Shown piece after piece: positions 36,401 to 49,500 of a DNA stretch of 64,000 bases. The position numbers and the translations under genes were made by a program. How positions within the stretch are numbered: the first letter of the stretch is position 1; each line of letters begins with the position of its first letter. This DNA is from Dipteris shenzhenensis. Its lineage: Eukaryota. The stretch lies in assembly GCA_047967505.1 (NCBI GenBank), contig CM106538.1. One strand, given 5' to 3'. The notes beneath the pieces are model-generated. The model saw nothing but the letters and a program-made list of their open reading frames with translations. It was not told where the DNA came from and searched no databases.

Positions 36401-36599
36401 CTTATGCAAAAGTTGCATTTGCCTAGTTGCCATAGTCTACGATCTTCCAAAGAGTTGTAACTGCCAAATTAATATATGAATATTGCTATGCTCATAGCAT
36501 GAAGCATTATTGAAATCTGACTTATCAAATGTAATCTACATGGATATGGAGCTCCATTTCACATCATGGAAATAGTGCACGCCAATTTCAGTAGCATGA

Positions 36600-37000
36600 T
36601 CTATAATATCTTTTTGTAAAATGTTGATAAACATTTTGAAAACTAGCATAATTATGGGGGAATCAAGGGTATTCTATGCTCTATGTGAGTTTCCCATGTG
36701 GCTTTCTATTCTCAAGGACACTTGGAGGATATTGCAAGTAGCTTGGGTGAGGTGTTCAAATGGACATTGTGTTCAAATAGAGAAGGTGGAGATGAAGAAT
36801 ATTGGAAGGGGCATCATTGGATTTCATGAGACAATGTTGCATGGGCCCTTTTTATGGAAGTATGCTTTGCTAATTTCCCTTTTTTGTTATCCAAAAAAAT
36901 CCAAAATACTTTGTTCTGGGGTATCCCAAAAGGTGGCATTGCTTGAATGATGATAAAGATAAGTAGGTGTCTCAACTCATGGCCTATCAAATATTATGAC
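36600..37000 (+). mobile_element. Decayed LINE ORF2 fragment (post-RT region)
   Basis: Peptide KGHHWIS*DNVA resembles the L1 HWISWD.VC motif. Confidence 0.35.
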
Positions 37001-37079
37001 ATGGGGATGTTAACAAGGGGTAGGAAGACATGTGGATTGAGAATGATGAAGCCCTGCCCAAACCCCAATTTGTTGAGGA

Positions 37080-37450
37080 CCTCTGTAAGAAATCCAGGGC
37101 TAGAGAAACATTTAAAATATTTTCAAATATATCACGACTTCTAACAAAACCATTTTGCTCATGATCGACCACTGCTGTACATAAGTCCCTAATGCAAAGA
37201 GCAATGGATTTAGCCATTATTTCATAGGAGATTTGTGCATAGTTGTAGGACGCCAATCACCTACCTTAATCCTGCTTGGCTTTTTTGAGAATAGTTTTGA
37301 CGAGGCTAGCATTGACATCCTTCAAAAGCAATCCTCTACTGACTACTAGATTCACCATTTGCATGAGGCCTCACCCCCCAACATATCCCAAAAGTCCTAA
37401 TAAAAATCTACTATGAAGCCATCTAGTCTAGGGGCCCAATTTTTATCCAT
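37080..37450 (-). mobile_element. LINE (L1-like) reverse transcriptase fragment
   Basis: MDKNWAPRLDGFIVDFY*DFWD (KAPGPDGF..EFY..FW), GDWRP, SYEIMAKSIA, EQNGFVRSRDIFENI. Confidence 0.75.
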
Positions 37451-37454
37451 GGAG

Positions 37455-37700
37455 TCGGGAGGCTTGCTCACATCATGCACCTCAATACCTCTCCAAAGTA
37501 TCTCTAGCTCGTCAATCAAAGGCTCCAAATAAACATCAGGATTTTTGACTTTATGTTTCCATGGAATTAGAAGGGACAGCATAACATGTCCTTTCTTAAT
37601 AGCCATAGAGGGTGGAAGATTATAATTCACCAATATCATTGGCCATACACTGTAAGAGGTGCTTTTGAGACCCAATGGGTCCAAAGCCTCCTTTAATTCA
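37455..37700 (-). mobile_element. CACTA/En-Spm transposase (Transposase_21/TnpD) fragment
   Basis: STSYSVWPMILVNYNLPP...VMLSLLIP...DVYLEPLIDELEILWRGIEVHD, a characteristic CACTA motif. Confidence 0.85.
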
Positions 37701-37867
37701 TGAGTCATGATATGCACATGAGCCAGATGTATTTTGATGCTTTGAGCTTTTAGTTTTTGGTGATATTACCCTCCACTGTGGTGGACAGACATATTTGGGT
37801 GAGCTTGGTATTTGGTGTGATTGTTTCTTGGAGGCACTAGCATTTGGGATTTTGCTTTATTTGCATC

Positions 37868-40800
37868 ATGGCATCCTCTTCCATGTCTGAAAAGGAGATT
37901 TTCAGCATTAAAAAGTTTGATGGGACAAACTTTTCTTTGTGGAAAGAACAGATAAGGGATGTGCTTATTCAAAAGAAGTAGATTAAACCATTGGAAGGGA
38001 TTACAGCTAAGCTTGCAACTATGTCTGAGCATGATTGGAATGAGTTGGATGCATTAGCAAAGTCTGCTATTAGACTTCATTTTGTAGAGTCAATTTATTT
38101 GATAGTAGTAAATGAGCAGACTACGAAAGATTTGTGGAAAAAATTATGTGCCACATATGAGAAGGGAACTGCCTCTAATAAAGTTTACCTCATGAAGAGG
38201 TTGTTTGAGCTACAAATGAAGGAAGGGGTCTCCATTGCTTCTCACTTGAATGAACTCAATATTATCTTTAGCTAGCTTTGGGCTTAGAAGATGAATTTTG
38301 ATGGGGAGACTAAGGCAATATTCCCCTTGTATTCATTGCCATTCTCATGGGATACCTTCCGTACAGCTTTCAGTAACTCTGCACCTGGTGGAGTACTAAA
38401 ATTTGATGATGTTGTGGGTAGCTTGTTGGCCGAGGAGATTAGACAGAAGTCTATGGATGGCAACAAGCAGGATGTAGCCTTAATTGTGCAAAGGGGCAGA
38501 TCATAGTTCAGGGGGAAGTCCCAAGAAAGAGGGAAGTCTCGTAGCAAATCCAAGGCACAGAATATTGAGTGTTACCATTCTGGCAAAAAGGGCCACATGA
38601 AAAAGTATTACTACAAGCTGAAAAGATAGCAAAAGGATAAGAAAAAGAATGCAAATCGGGCTCCAAATAAGAAGGAAGAGAGTCCAAGGGAGGACAAAGG
38701 AAAAGTGAAGATCGAGGAGATCAATGGAGTTACTAATAATAGTGAGACAATGACATTCTCTTCATGGCTAGTCTACTTGCAAAGTTTCTTACCACTTCAG
38801 ATGATGCATATTCCCAGGATTGGATTTTGGATTTTGATGTTTCATTCCATGTTACTCCTCATAGGGAATGGTTCTCCACTTATGACAGTGGAAAGATAGG
38901 TTGTGTGCATCTTGGAAATAACTATGCATGTGACATAGTGGGATCAAAAGACATAAAGTTTTCTTTTGCAAAAGGGTCTGCATTTGTTTTGAAAAATGTG
39001 GGACATGTGCCTAAGCTGACTAAGAGTCTCATCTCAGTGGGTCAATTAGATGATGCTGATTTTCAGACCACCGTTGGCTTTCAAAGTTGAAAAATTCAAA
39101 AGGGCTCTATGGTTTTAGCAAGGGATGCCAAGTGTGGGACATTGTATCCCTTACATGTATCAAGGGTGTATGATCATGTTGTTGCAATAACCGAGCAACC
39201 AAGTACTTCTTTCTGGCATTGCCGGTTGGGGCACATGAGCTAGAATGGAATGAAACTCTTATGCCATTTGGATTATGTACAACATTTGAGATTTTTTGAC
39301 TTTGAATTTTGTGAGCATTGTCTCTATGGGAAGAAGACTAAATCAACCCATAAAATAAGGGGAAAGAAAGAGCTTGAAAAGCTTGATTTGGCGCATTCAG
39401 ACGTATGTGGTCCTATGCCTACATGGTCATTAGGCGGGGCTGAATATTATGTGACATTCATTGATGATGCAAATAGGAAAGTGTGGGCTTATGCTATAGC
39501 TCAGAAGAGCGATGTATTCCAGGTATTTCAGAATGGCTGGCTTTGGTTGAAAATTAGTCAAGTAGAACACTTAAATGCCTACGGATTGACAATGGTGGAG
39601 AGTGTCTCTCTCATGACTTTTAACATTTCTGTGATACACGTAGGATCAAGAGCAAGCTCATGTCCCCTCATACTCCAGAGCAAAATCGAGTTGCAAAAAA
39701 GATGAACCACGCCATTCTAGAAAGACTGCAATGTATACTTTCCAATGGACTCCTTTTTTATGGTTTTTAAGCTGAGTCAATGAAGACTGCAGTGCATGTG
39801 ATTAATAGATCACCTAGTAAGAGTTTGGATGGTGGTATTTCTGAAGAGGCATGGAGTGGCAAGAAGCCCTCTTACTTTCATTCACGTATATTTGGGTGTG
39901 AGGCATATGCACATGTGCCAAGAGAGCTTCGAAAGAAGCTAGATCCTAAGTCTAGGAAATGCATCTTTTTGGGTTATGGTGAAAGTGGAGAGATGGGCTA
40001 TTGTCTCCGAGATCTGAAAGCAAAGAAGATCATATGAAGCCATGATGTAGTCTTCAATGAGAAGAAGATGCATAAGACACCCATCAGGTATGTGGAAATG
40101 AGGAGAATCACTTTCCAAGATGTGAATCCACCCACATACGTTGATAGACAACAAGTTGTCCATGCACCGAATGTGTAGGAAATGGTGCCACTAGGTGCTC
40201 CCATAGGTATATAATCAAGGGCATATGATTGATCATCTATTGGTGGAAATGATGAGATAAATGTGGCTGATATGCAAGTGGGACAGCAAGCTAAAAAGCC
40301 CTTGTGAAGATCAGCTAGAGTGTCTAGACCACCTGAGAGATTTGTTCAAGGGGTAGACTATGTGATGCTTATTGATTGCAGGGAGCCTTCTTGTTACAGA
40401 GAGGCTATGATGGGTGAGGATCAACACAAGTGGGAGTATGCTATGCAATCATAGATGAGTTCACTCATGAAAAATAAGACTTGGGACTTGGTTTCTTTGC
40501 CACATGGAAAGAAAGCATTGCCATGTAAATGGGTCTACAAGATGAAGGTCACAGGTAATGATGTGCCTAAGTACAAGGCCTGTTTAATTGCTAAAAGGTT
40601 CAAGTAATAGAAGGGTGTGGATTTTGATGAGATCTTCTCTCCGATTGTGAAGATGACCACACTTAGATGTGTACTTGGACCTGTGGCAGTAGAGTATATG
40701 GAGCTTATGCAGAAGACAACTTTCTTACATCATGGGGATCTACATGAGGAAATATACTTGGTACAGCCGGAAGGCTTTAAAGAAAAGGGCAAAGAACATT

Positions 40801-41906
40801 TGGTTTGCAAGCTAAAAAAGAGTTTCTATGGCCTTAAGCAAGTTCCTAGAGAATGGTATCAAAAGTTTGATGCTTTCATTTAGTCCCAGGGATTCAGAAG
40901 AAGTGAGATTGATCACTGCCTCTACATTAAAAGGGTTAAGGATAATAGCCTGATACTCCTAGCACTTTACGTGGATGATATGCTATTGGATAGCAAGAAC
41001 ACTTATGAGATGGATGCATTGAGGGCCAAGTTGCATGAGGAAGGATTTGGGACCTGTAGGTCATATTCTTGGTATGTGCATCACACGTGATCGCAGTAGG
41101 AAACTCCTTTGGCTTTCTCAGGAGTATGTTACAAAAGTGTTGAAGCATTTCAATATGGAGGGGGGGAAGGCCATAAGTTCTTCATTGCCTCCATATGTGA
41201 AACTGAATCAGGTAGATAGTTTCAAATTAGATGAGGAGAGGGACATGATGATTCCTTATGCATTAGTGGTTGGGACTCTTATGTATGCTATGATAGCTAC
41301 TAGACTAGACATTACATTTGTAGTGGGCAATGTTAGCCAATATATGGCTTATCCAGGAAAGAGACATTGGGAGGTAGTTAAGTGCATCATGAGGTACATG
41401 AAGGGTACCAAGGAGTTGTGCATCTACTTTGTAGAGGAGAGATGCGTGAACTTGGGTACACAGGTTCAGACTATGCAGGGCATGTGGATAGCAGGACATC
41501 CACTTCTAGTTATGTGTTCACCTTTACAAGTGGTTTAGTGTCGTGGATGTCTTACGCACAGAAGTGCGTTGCGTTGTCTACGATAGAGGTCAAGTATGTT
41601 GTAGCCACAAAAGGTTTCAAGGAGGCTATATGGCTTGATCGGCTAGTGGGAGATTTGGGGATTCATATAGGTATATCGACGTTGCATGGTGATTCCATGG
41701 GTGCTATTTAGCTAGCACGAAATCTAGTCTTTCATGGAAAGATCAAACACATTGGGCTCAAGTACCATTTCATCAAGGAGGTACTTAAGGACGATTGCAT
41801 AGATCTTGTCAAGGTTCATAAAGATGATAACCCTGGAGATATGTTGACGAAGAGTCTACCTAATCAGTGGTTTGAGTATTGTTGTGTATTGATGGGCATT
41901 GGATAG
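37868..41906 (+). pseudogene. copia-C2 gag-pol, many stops and frameshifts
   Basis: WILDFDVSFHVTPHREWF, HSDVCGP, FIDDA, SPIVKMTT, SDYAG, CVALST. Confidence 0.9.
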
Positions 41907-42089
41907 TATGCTTACTAGAGCTTCCATTAATGCTTGAAAAAACCAACCATACAAATCAACAATCCCAAAGGTGATGATCCTAGGAAAGTATAAAAACAAA
42001 TTTGGTTATCATAAAAAAGCTAGCCTGTTATCGGACAACCTAGCTCGCTATGTTGGGAATCTTTGAAATAGAGGCTAACAAAACCAAGG

Positions 42090-42480
42090 TGGTGGGCTAC
42101 ATATTCAATGAATACCTCTTGCTATGAGGATCATAAAACTTGCTGGCCAAGCCTTGTCGAATGCTCTCACTTCTTGACTGTCGGTCTAGAATCAAAGTCA
42201 TGCACTCCCAAATAACACACGGGTGAAAATAATATCCTACTAGATGGCCTCCCATAACCAAATTGCATCTGGCAACCCAAATGTTCCAAGTATTATGTTG
42301 GACATTGTCTATCATACACACTCTCTAGCAAAGTCACAAGGAGCACAGACGAAGGAAGCATCTCATCATGTGCCTCAATCTTGACCACATGCCGACCCTG
42401 AATTCTATAGGTTGGAGAGGCTAGATCAAGCAAGAATGCATGCCCCCTCTAAGTAAGCCACACAATTATCCCCCATGTAA
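42090..42480 (-). mobile_element. Decayed LINE C-terminal (zf-RVT-like) fragment
   Basis: CDFAREC and WNIWVARCNLV resemble L1 C.FA..VW and W.IW..RN motifs. Confidence 0.4.
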
Positions 42481-42889
42481 AGTCCCACTGCATTTGCTAC
42501 GTACTCTTGAGAGTTGCTAACCAGATCCTCTACACTATTGGGCATTCTCACAAACAATGGGGAATTGTCTCCAACACTGTGTCTACATAGTAGTGGCAGC
42601 CCTATCTACTCAAATTGGGGGCCTTCATGCCTTCAAATTGGGGGCCAATGGGCAAGCCTTCATGCATAATGGTCCCAGAAGAGATAGGAAATGTTCCATG
42701 GTCTAAGGATGGTGGTCTAGAGGCATGACCAAAAATGAGAGTAGACCTTCAAGGAACCTCCTGCTCTACCCAATGATGCTCTCTTGAGGGTTTCATGTTG
42801 TTGCCTCTAGTAGAAGACATCGGCCAATGCATGTCATGTAGAAGGTCACCTCCTCAACCCTATCCGAGTTCCCTACATGAGAGGGCAAG

Positions 42890-43090
42890 TGAGAGTGCTC
42901 TCAATGGAAGCAGAATGAAAGAGGGTGAGAGAGAGAAAGAGCTTGAAGATAGCCACACAAGTTTTGGTGGATGTAGAACACCCTAATCTTCTATGTCATC
43001 CATATATATAGGTGTTTGAGTATTGTACATAGCTGAGGTTAAGGCACAATAGCCTTTAACCCCCACAACCTCCCACTTAAAGGCCAATTC
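42890..43090 (-). mobile_element. copia-C family 3' LTR (42890-43067) with its PPT, detached from an internal region
   Basis: Homologous to 32393-32569; preceded on the minus strand by ATTGGCCTTTAAGTGGGAGGT, nearly identical to the copia-A PPT region. Confidence 0.88.
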
Positions 43091-43584
43091 TCTGAAAAAA
43101 AGAATTATTAAAATGATTGAGCTTTATTGGTTATGTCCAAAATGCAATCTCCTCATTAATAACTATTTAACTAACCTTTATCTATAGGTATCACACAAAT
43201 ATGATTGGAAGATTCTAGTAAGAATATGATGCTATTGATAAAATCGAAGACGGCAACCGATTGAGTTAACATATTCTTTATACCTCATAAAATATAAAAT
43301 ATACCTCATATTCTTTATACCTACTCCATATGCTAAGTAAAGAACTAAAGTTTTATGAATGTGATTAAACTCATCATGTGATGAGAATATTTTCTTCATC
43401 CTTTTTCATATCATACTTACTTAAATTTGAAGAATTTCTATAGGCTTTCATAACCATAGGTGAGATGGTTCTTAGAATACAAATTTCCAAAGTAGCCAAT
43501 CATTAGAGGATATGACCACAACCATAAAGGATGAAGGAATCACAACACAATTCAAGTTAGATATATATATATATACACACACAC

Positions 43585-46500
43585 ACAACCAAGCTGCCTT
43601 GGCTCGCAATGAACCGTTAGTGTAAGTTTCCTAACCTAGCAAGCTCAGGTGAGAGGGACAGAACTTGGCACACTGCTCTTTTGTTCTCTACTCTTCTCCT
43701 TATTACAAAGCTTTCTTCTAACTATGCAACCCACCTTCCAAAAGATATCATGCTCGGTGCACCACACCGCTACTTGGTATTGGGCCGCAATCACCCACAC
43801 CTCCAACTGTAAACGGTGCTGGGTCCAAAATGTTCTTTTGCCACTTCTGAGCGAGTCTTCACTTGGTAATCACACTTAACCTTAGCTCTACCCATGTTGG
43901 TCTGACCTGGGGGCTAACATTTTGCCTCAGCTATCCATGAGCCATCTCCTCATGGATTGGCAGGAACCAATTGAAAGATGAGGCTTTACGATTGAAACCG
44001 TGGGAATGCTATGAAGGATGATGATGCCTTCGTGGGGTGGTGGAATGGAGTGAGCTGGTGGATTGGAGGGTCCAGTTGCATCTATAGGTGGTGGATTGGG
44101 AGGACGGAGTAGAAGATATAGGCTCAGGTCCAAAACTCTGTTGCCCATGGGGAGGCCAACGATATAGTGAGCTAATATCTATGGTTGGCCTCTCTGGGTT
44201 GGTAAGCCAGTCGATGGCCCATATCTCAGCCACCACTGTCTCCTCTTGTAGATCAAAGATATCAAGTGCCGACTCAAAACTGGTTATGTATCAGCAAACT
44301 AGTGTAACTCGCTCTTGCCACTTAGTTAGTAGATCCTTGCATAAATATCAAACATTGTTCCACATGGCCACCGCCACTGCTTTAGTGACATCGTTAGTTT
44401 TCAAACTTTTTGAGCTCCCGCAAAACCTTCAAGTAGTAAGATGGTAGCTCAGACGTAGTAGGTTTGGGGAGTTGGCCCATACGAGTAGTGATTTGCCATC
44501 ACTCAGCCTCGAAAATATTGTGCTGTTGTGCAGCTCGCTCTTCAACATAATGATCAAAGGCCTTTATGGCCCAATCATAGACAAAGATGATGGGCTGCAG
44601 TGGCTTGAGTACACCTTGATGCAACGGCTATGGGGGAGTAGTAGTAAACTCGACTTCTTCAATCTACCATCATGCATGATATTGAATAGGTATCCATTTT
44701 TAGCCAGGTACTCGGTGCAAGACTTCAGATACTAGCATGGCCTCGAGAAGATCCTACCTTGGCAAAATTGGCTCGGCGTCAAAAACATGCACAGATATCT
44801 GGATCCCCAGGTCACATGTGTCTACCAAAAAATGCAACTTCAATGCAAAATTGTAGCAAGTCTGGGTGGCCACACTCCTGTATTTGATACGGCCCACTAG
44901 ATCAACTAAGAGTAGTGCTTGGGCCATCACTTCCTTTGGTGCATGAGGAACCTTCACCTTTGATGGGCATTCATTTGGAGGTATTGGTTTAGGTGTTAAT
45001 TTTTGCACATTATCTTGGCATGTTGCCGAGTCATCGATGTCTAATGGCTATCTTCGAGACAGCTTACGAGCTTGTTCTTTGAGAGCTTAGAGGATTGGAT
45101 AAGCAATTTGATATTGCTCCAACTTCACCAGCAATCGAGTATTCTCCTCCCTTAAATCCTCAGTTTTGGAAGCCATTTGACATGGCCGAGTGTTCTCTTT
45201 TTGTAACACCTCCACTTGATCCTAGGCCACTTGGAAGAACTTTAGGTCAACCCTTGTCTATTACATCTTTGTTAGCATATCTTGAAGCTTGATCTTGTCC
45301 CCTACAACATTCACAAGCTCATTTTGGGACTTGGCAACAACCCTATCCACCTCACATGTTAGATTGCCAAAGTCTATCTGTAGCTCGGTGCGAGTAGTTT
45401 TGAAGCAGCTCATTTGGGAGTAGTTTTAAAGCAGCTCATTGTATACTGCTCTCCTATTGTCCATCTGCTCCTATAGTCTCTTACACTCAGATGTTAGGTA
45501 TGCCTTGGCCCACCGTTTTCTACTAAAAAATCTAGCCAACTCCTCCTGGTACCGTGTCTAGAGAAACATGCTGTGATCTAGAATCTGGGGACACTAGTGG
45601 TTGGCTAGGTAAGCCAAAGCTTGAGCTATGTGTACCATGTTCTCCTTAGGGCCTGCCACTTGGGCTTGGTGGCATTCTGATCCCGGTGATTATTCTGCGT
45701 CAATAGTGGATCAAGGGAGTATGCTCCAAAATAGGTAGATCTTGTAAAATAGAGGGAGGTGGGGGTAGTGCAAGTGTTCTAGCCAAAGTCTCTATAGTGC
45801 TAATCTTCTACTCAGTGGGTATCTGCTAAGTCTTCTCGGTGTCACCTTTGTGTGTTCCCTTGGCAGCTGCTTCATCTATCCCTTGCTCCTTGGGGGATCA
45901 CTTTCATTCGCTCCCTTAGCAGAATTTTTCTTTTGCCATTGCTGTTGTTCCCCTCTGAACTCTTGCGCATGCTCCTTGGAGGTGCCCTTGCTACTGTTCC
46001 CCTTTAGAGTCTATTCCTGTGCATGCTCTTTGCCACCCTAGCTAGTGTGGTCATCCTACTCCTAACCCTATTGTTCTCAGTGGTGTTCATCATCTTTGGC
46101 TCCTGATGAGCCTACTCCACCTAATATTGGAAGGGCGTTTGACAATTGTACTTGGTTAGTTGTTGTGAAGCAATAATGTAGCATGCAGAGATGGGGGCCA
46201 AGCTTGCAGTGTGTTTCTCTCTTGCTTACTGCCTTCAATTGGGACTCGGATGCTTTTTCAAAAGTGGTAAAACAATCCAGTATAAGGTCATCCTCCAGTG
46301 TTGCCACCGGCTGAGCTAGGTACTCCCGTGGGACATAGCCTACTCTCTTCTTGAGGTCAATGAACTTGGATAGGAACCGATAGACTATCCTTAGGATTTC
46401 ATCAAATGCCTTATTGATGAGGTAGCCTTGTGAGCTTGAGTACCTATCCTTGTCGAAGTAGGCATCGCACCTTTGAGCAGAAGCTAGTTGTCCTAGTTTT

Positions 46501-49500
46501 GGATGTGCTTTGAAGTAGAATACCTATCTCTGATGACACTTTGGCCCTTAGTGTCATATGAATCTAAGATGTCTTCTGCCAGTGCTTCATCCCATGCCTA
46601 CTTCCATGATAGTCGAGCAAACATTAGGAACTAATTGCTCCCAAAACTTCCCTGATGATCTCGTTATCAAAGTTTTTGATTGGGTGTAGAGGTGACACAT
46701 GGGAAGGTGCCCTTCACCTTTTCTATCGGTCTGTTTGATCCTTGCACTCCTCTATGACTACAAAGACTATGTAGAAATTGATTAGAGGTGAGGATGATGG
46801 AGAAGAGTGAAAAACATAGGAGAATGTTGGGCATGATGGAAGCAAGAAGGCTCTTGTAAAAGCAACGGAGATATGAGAGATTGCAAAAGCAAATGAAGAA
46901 GACAATGGAAACCCACAATCAAATGTATCCAAACAGAATCTAAAATTAGATGTCCCATCAAATGAATGGCTGCATGATAAAGTAGAGTACCCCTTTACAT
47001 GATTATCTTGCATTAATATCCCCACAATGTTTAAACTGCCATGTATTGGCATGCAATGTATCTCTTCCACTGTCAATATATAGCTAACTGACACTCTTAT
47101 TGGCATAAAATTCACCAAGGCATTATCAACAAAGTAATCTACATCCAAGCTCTCCATGATCTATGAGCCTGCTGCTCAGTACGGCTGCAACTTACTTCCA
47201 TTATACAACTCGAGGAATGCATTCCCTTGCAGATCTTCAAGTTGAACTCTCCCATTGGAAAAAACTTCAGTTAACCAATAGCAATCATTCCATTCTAGTT
47301 TAAAATTTGTTTTAAGAGGTCCAACTTGGCATTATATAATAATACAAGCATACCTTTCTTCAAAGCAGTTCTGTATGCCCATAATGCAGAATGAAGTTTA
47401 GTGTCCCATTCACTCTTAGATGATTGCATTGTCTTAGTGAGGATAAGCTTGACTGTTTTGTTCATGCACTCAACTTCACCATTGCCACGAGGATGATAAG
47501 TAGTTGAAACTATATGCATGATTTTGAATTCAATCTTGAGCAACTACACAATGTCATTGAGGAAATGTGAATCTTGATTACTAACAAGCTGTAAAAGGCC
47601 CCATATTTGCATATGATATTCAAAATAAAACTTGGCAGTGTTTGGAGTTGAGTTATCTTGGAGTGCCATAGTTTTAGCTCACTTAGTAGCATAGTCAGTA
47701 GACACAATGATGTATTTGTTCCATGTGAATGTAGCACGTTTGTGAGGGCCAACAAAATCCAAACTCCAGCTTTGAAAAGCTTCCCAAGGATGAGTAGGCT
47801 GCAATTGTATAGATTGATTTAGTAATAGCCGTCCAATGCACTAATAGACATCACAATGCATACACTTAGTTTGAGAATCCTTAAACAAGGTTTCCCACTA
47901 TAATCTTGCCTGCAACACTTTTTGGGTAGTTAACCCCCCTTGGAAATGTTGAAGGACCCAAGTGAGCTTCCTGCAAAATGATTGCTTGCTCATGTGGCAT
48001 AACCCATTGGCAAAGAACACCATTGGTGCACTGACGGTAAAGGTGTCCACCAATTAAAGTGTATTTCCAAGCCTCCAAAACTAATTGTATGTGCTCGTCA
48101 TGAGGCATTGTATCAGGAAATGTACCCTTAGACAAATAATCCATTAACTCGGCATATTCATGTCCACAACCAACAACAAAGAGTTAAACATCTGGAAGTT
48201 CAGTAATAACTCCATGAGTATTCTTGGGTGTACGTAGTCTCAATAGATAGTCAGCTCCTACATGGGTTTTCTCGGGTTTATGAATAATGTTAAAGTTAAA
48301 CTCTGGACTTCTGGAAGTTCAGTAATAACTCCTTGAGTATTCTCGGGTGTATGTAGTCTCAATAGACAGTGAGTTCCTACATGGGTTTTTGTAGGTGTAT
48401 GAATAATGTTAAAGTTAAACTCTTGAATAAGAAGCATCTAGAGACATGCTTGGTTCTGATGCATTGGCCTTAGATTTTGAGGATTCCCTTGCTTGATAAT
48501 GGATAATTAAATCTATTCTTTAGGTATCTCCACTTATAGTGCTTTCCCCTTAAAATCCCTTGCAATTTGGGTGGCAGACTCCTTGTGAACCTTCTAATTA
48601 ATGTCTTTATTTGAGGAACCTATGTCTGTAGGAGTTGCCAACTGATCCTTTTGACCTAGTAACCACTTCGGCATCAAGTGCATCTGGTACTCAACTACAA
48701 CTGCTCAACATTCTAGGTCCACTTTCTTTCTTTCCATGTCAGCTTTGAGAAATTTTAGATGTTTAGCCCAAATTGCATAGTCAAAATGTAGATGATTTTC
48801 TCCATAACAAAAACACATAATCTCGGATTTTTACCTTTGTTCTTCTGCTCGGGATATGGTGGCTTACCATTTGGTAGAAAAAATTGGTTTGTCAACACTT
48901 GATGATTTTTACCATTGAATCAACACTCTGATTCATAATTTTTGACTTGGTACAGGTATTGCAATGCTTAGTTTTTCACTCTTCTTCCAAGTGTCCACCC
49001 CTAGAACACTTATTACACCATTTCTCATTATTGCTTGGTTTTCCTCGAATACCCAATTCCTTCAAGGCCTTCTTCAACTTGGTTTTGAGATTATATGTCT
49101 TTGCAGGCATCTCCTTGGTGTCAGTGTCAGCATCTTCCTTTTTTTCCTTGCTCTTTAAGCCTTTACTCTTCTCTAGAGCAACAACTCAATCTAGCAACTC
49201 TTCATAAGTCTTCATCAAATTGACTATGCACAAGTCTACCCGAGTGCACCCTATAATAGCCAGGCTTGCATAGACTTATCATTTAGTACAATATACAATA
49301 CTCGACTGATTGATAAGAGCTCGCATCCTAAGTGCAAAGTCTTGGACATATTCTCCTTTATTTTGCTTCAGCTCACTTAGCCTTGTATGAATGTTGTCTT
49401 CATTGATCTCCTCCCTAAACCTTCATAGGAATGCTTTAGACATTGTATACCAATCAAGAAAATACCCAATTAGAAATTGGTGGAACCATCTCTGAGCATT

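Larger units (their letters stand above)
34824..41906 (+). mobile_element. Decayed Ty1/copia (copia-C2, same family as C1) with no adjacent LTRs; leader interrupted at ~35072-37709
   Basis: 34824-35071 and 37710-37867 are contiguous in the C1 leader (reverse complement of ~31360-30960); gag ATG at 37868 and pol stop at 41906. Confidence 0.88.
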
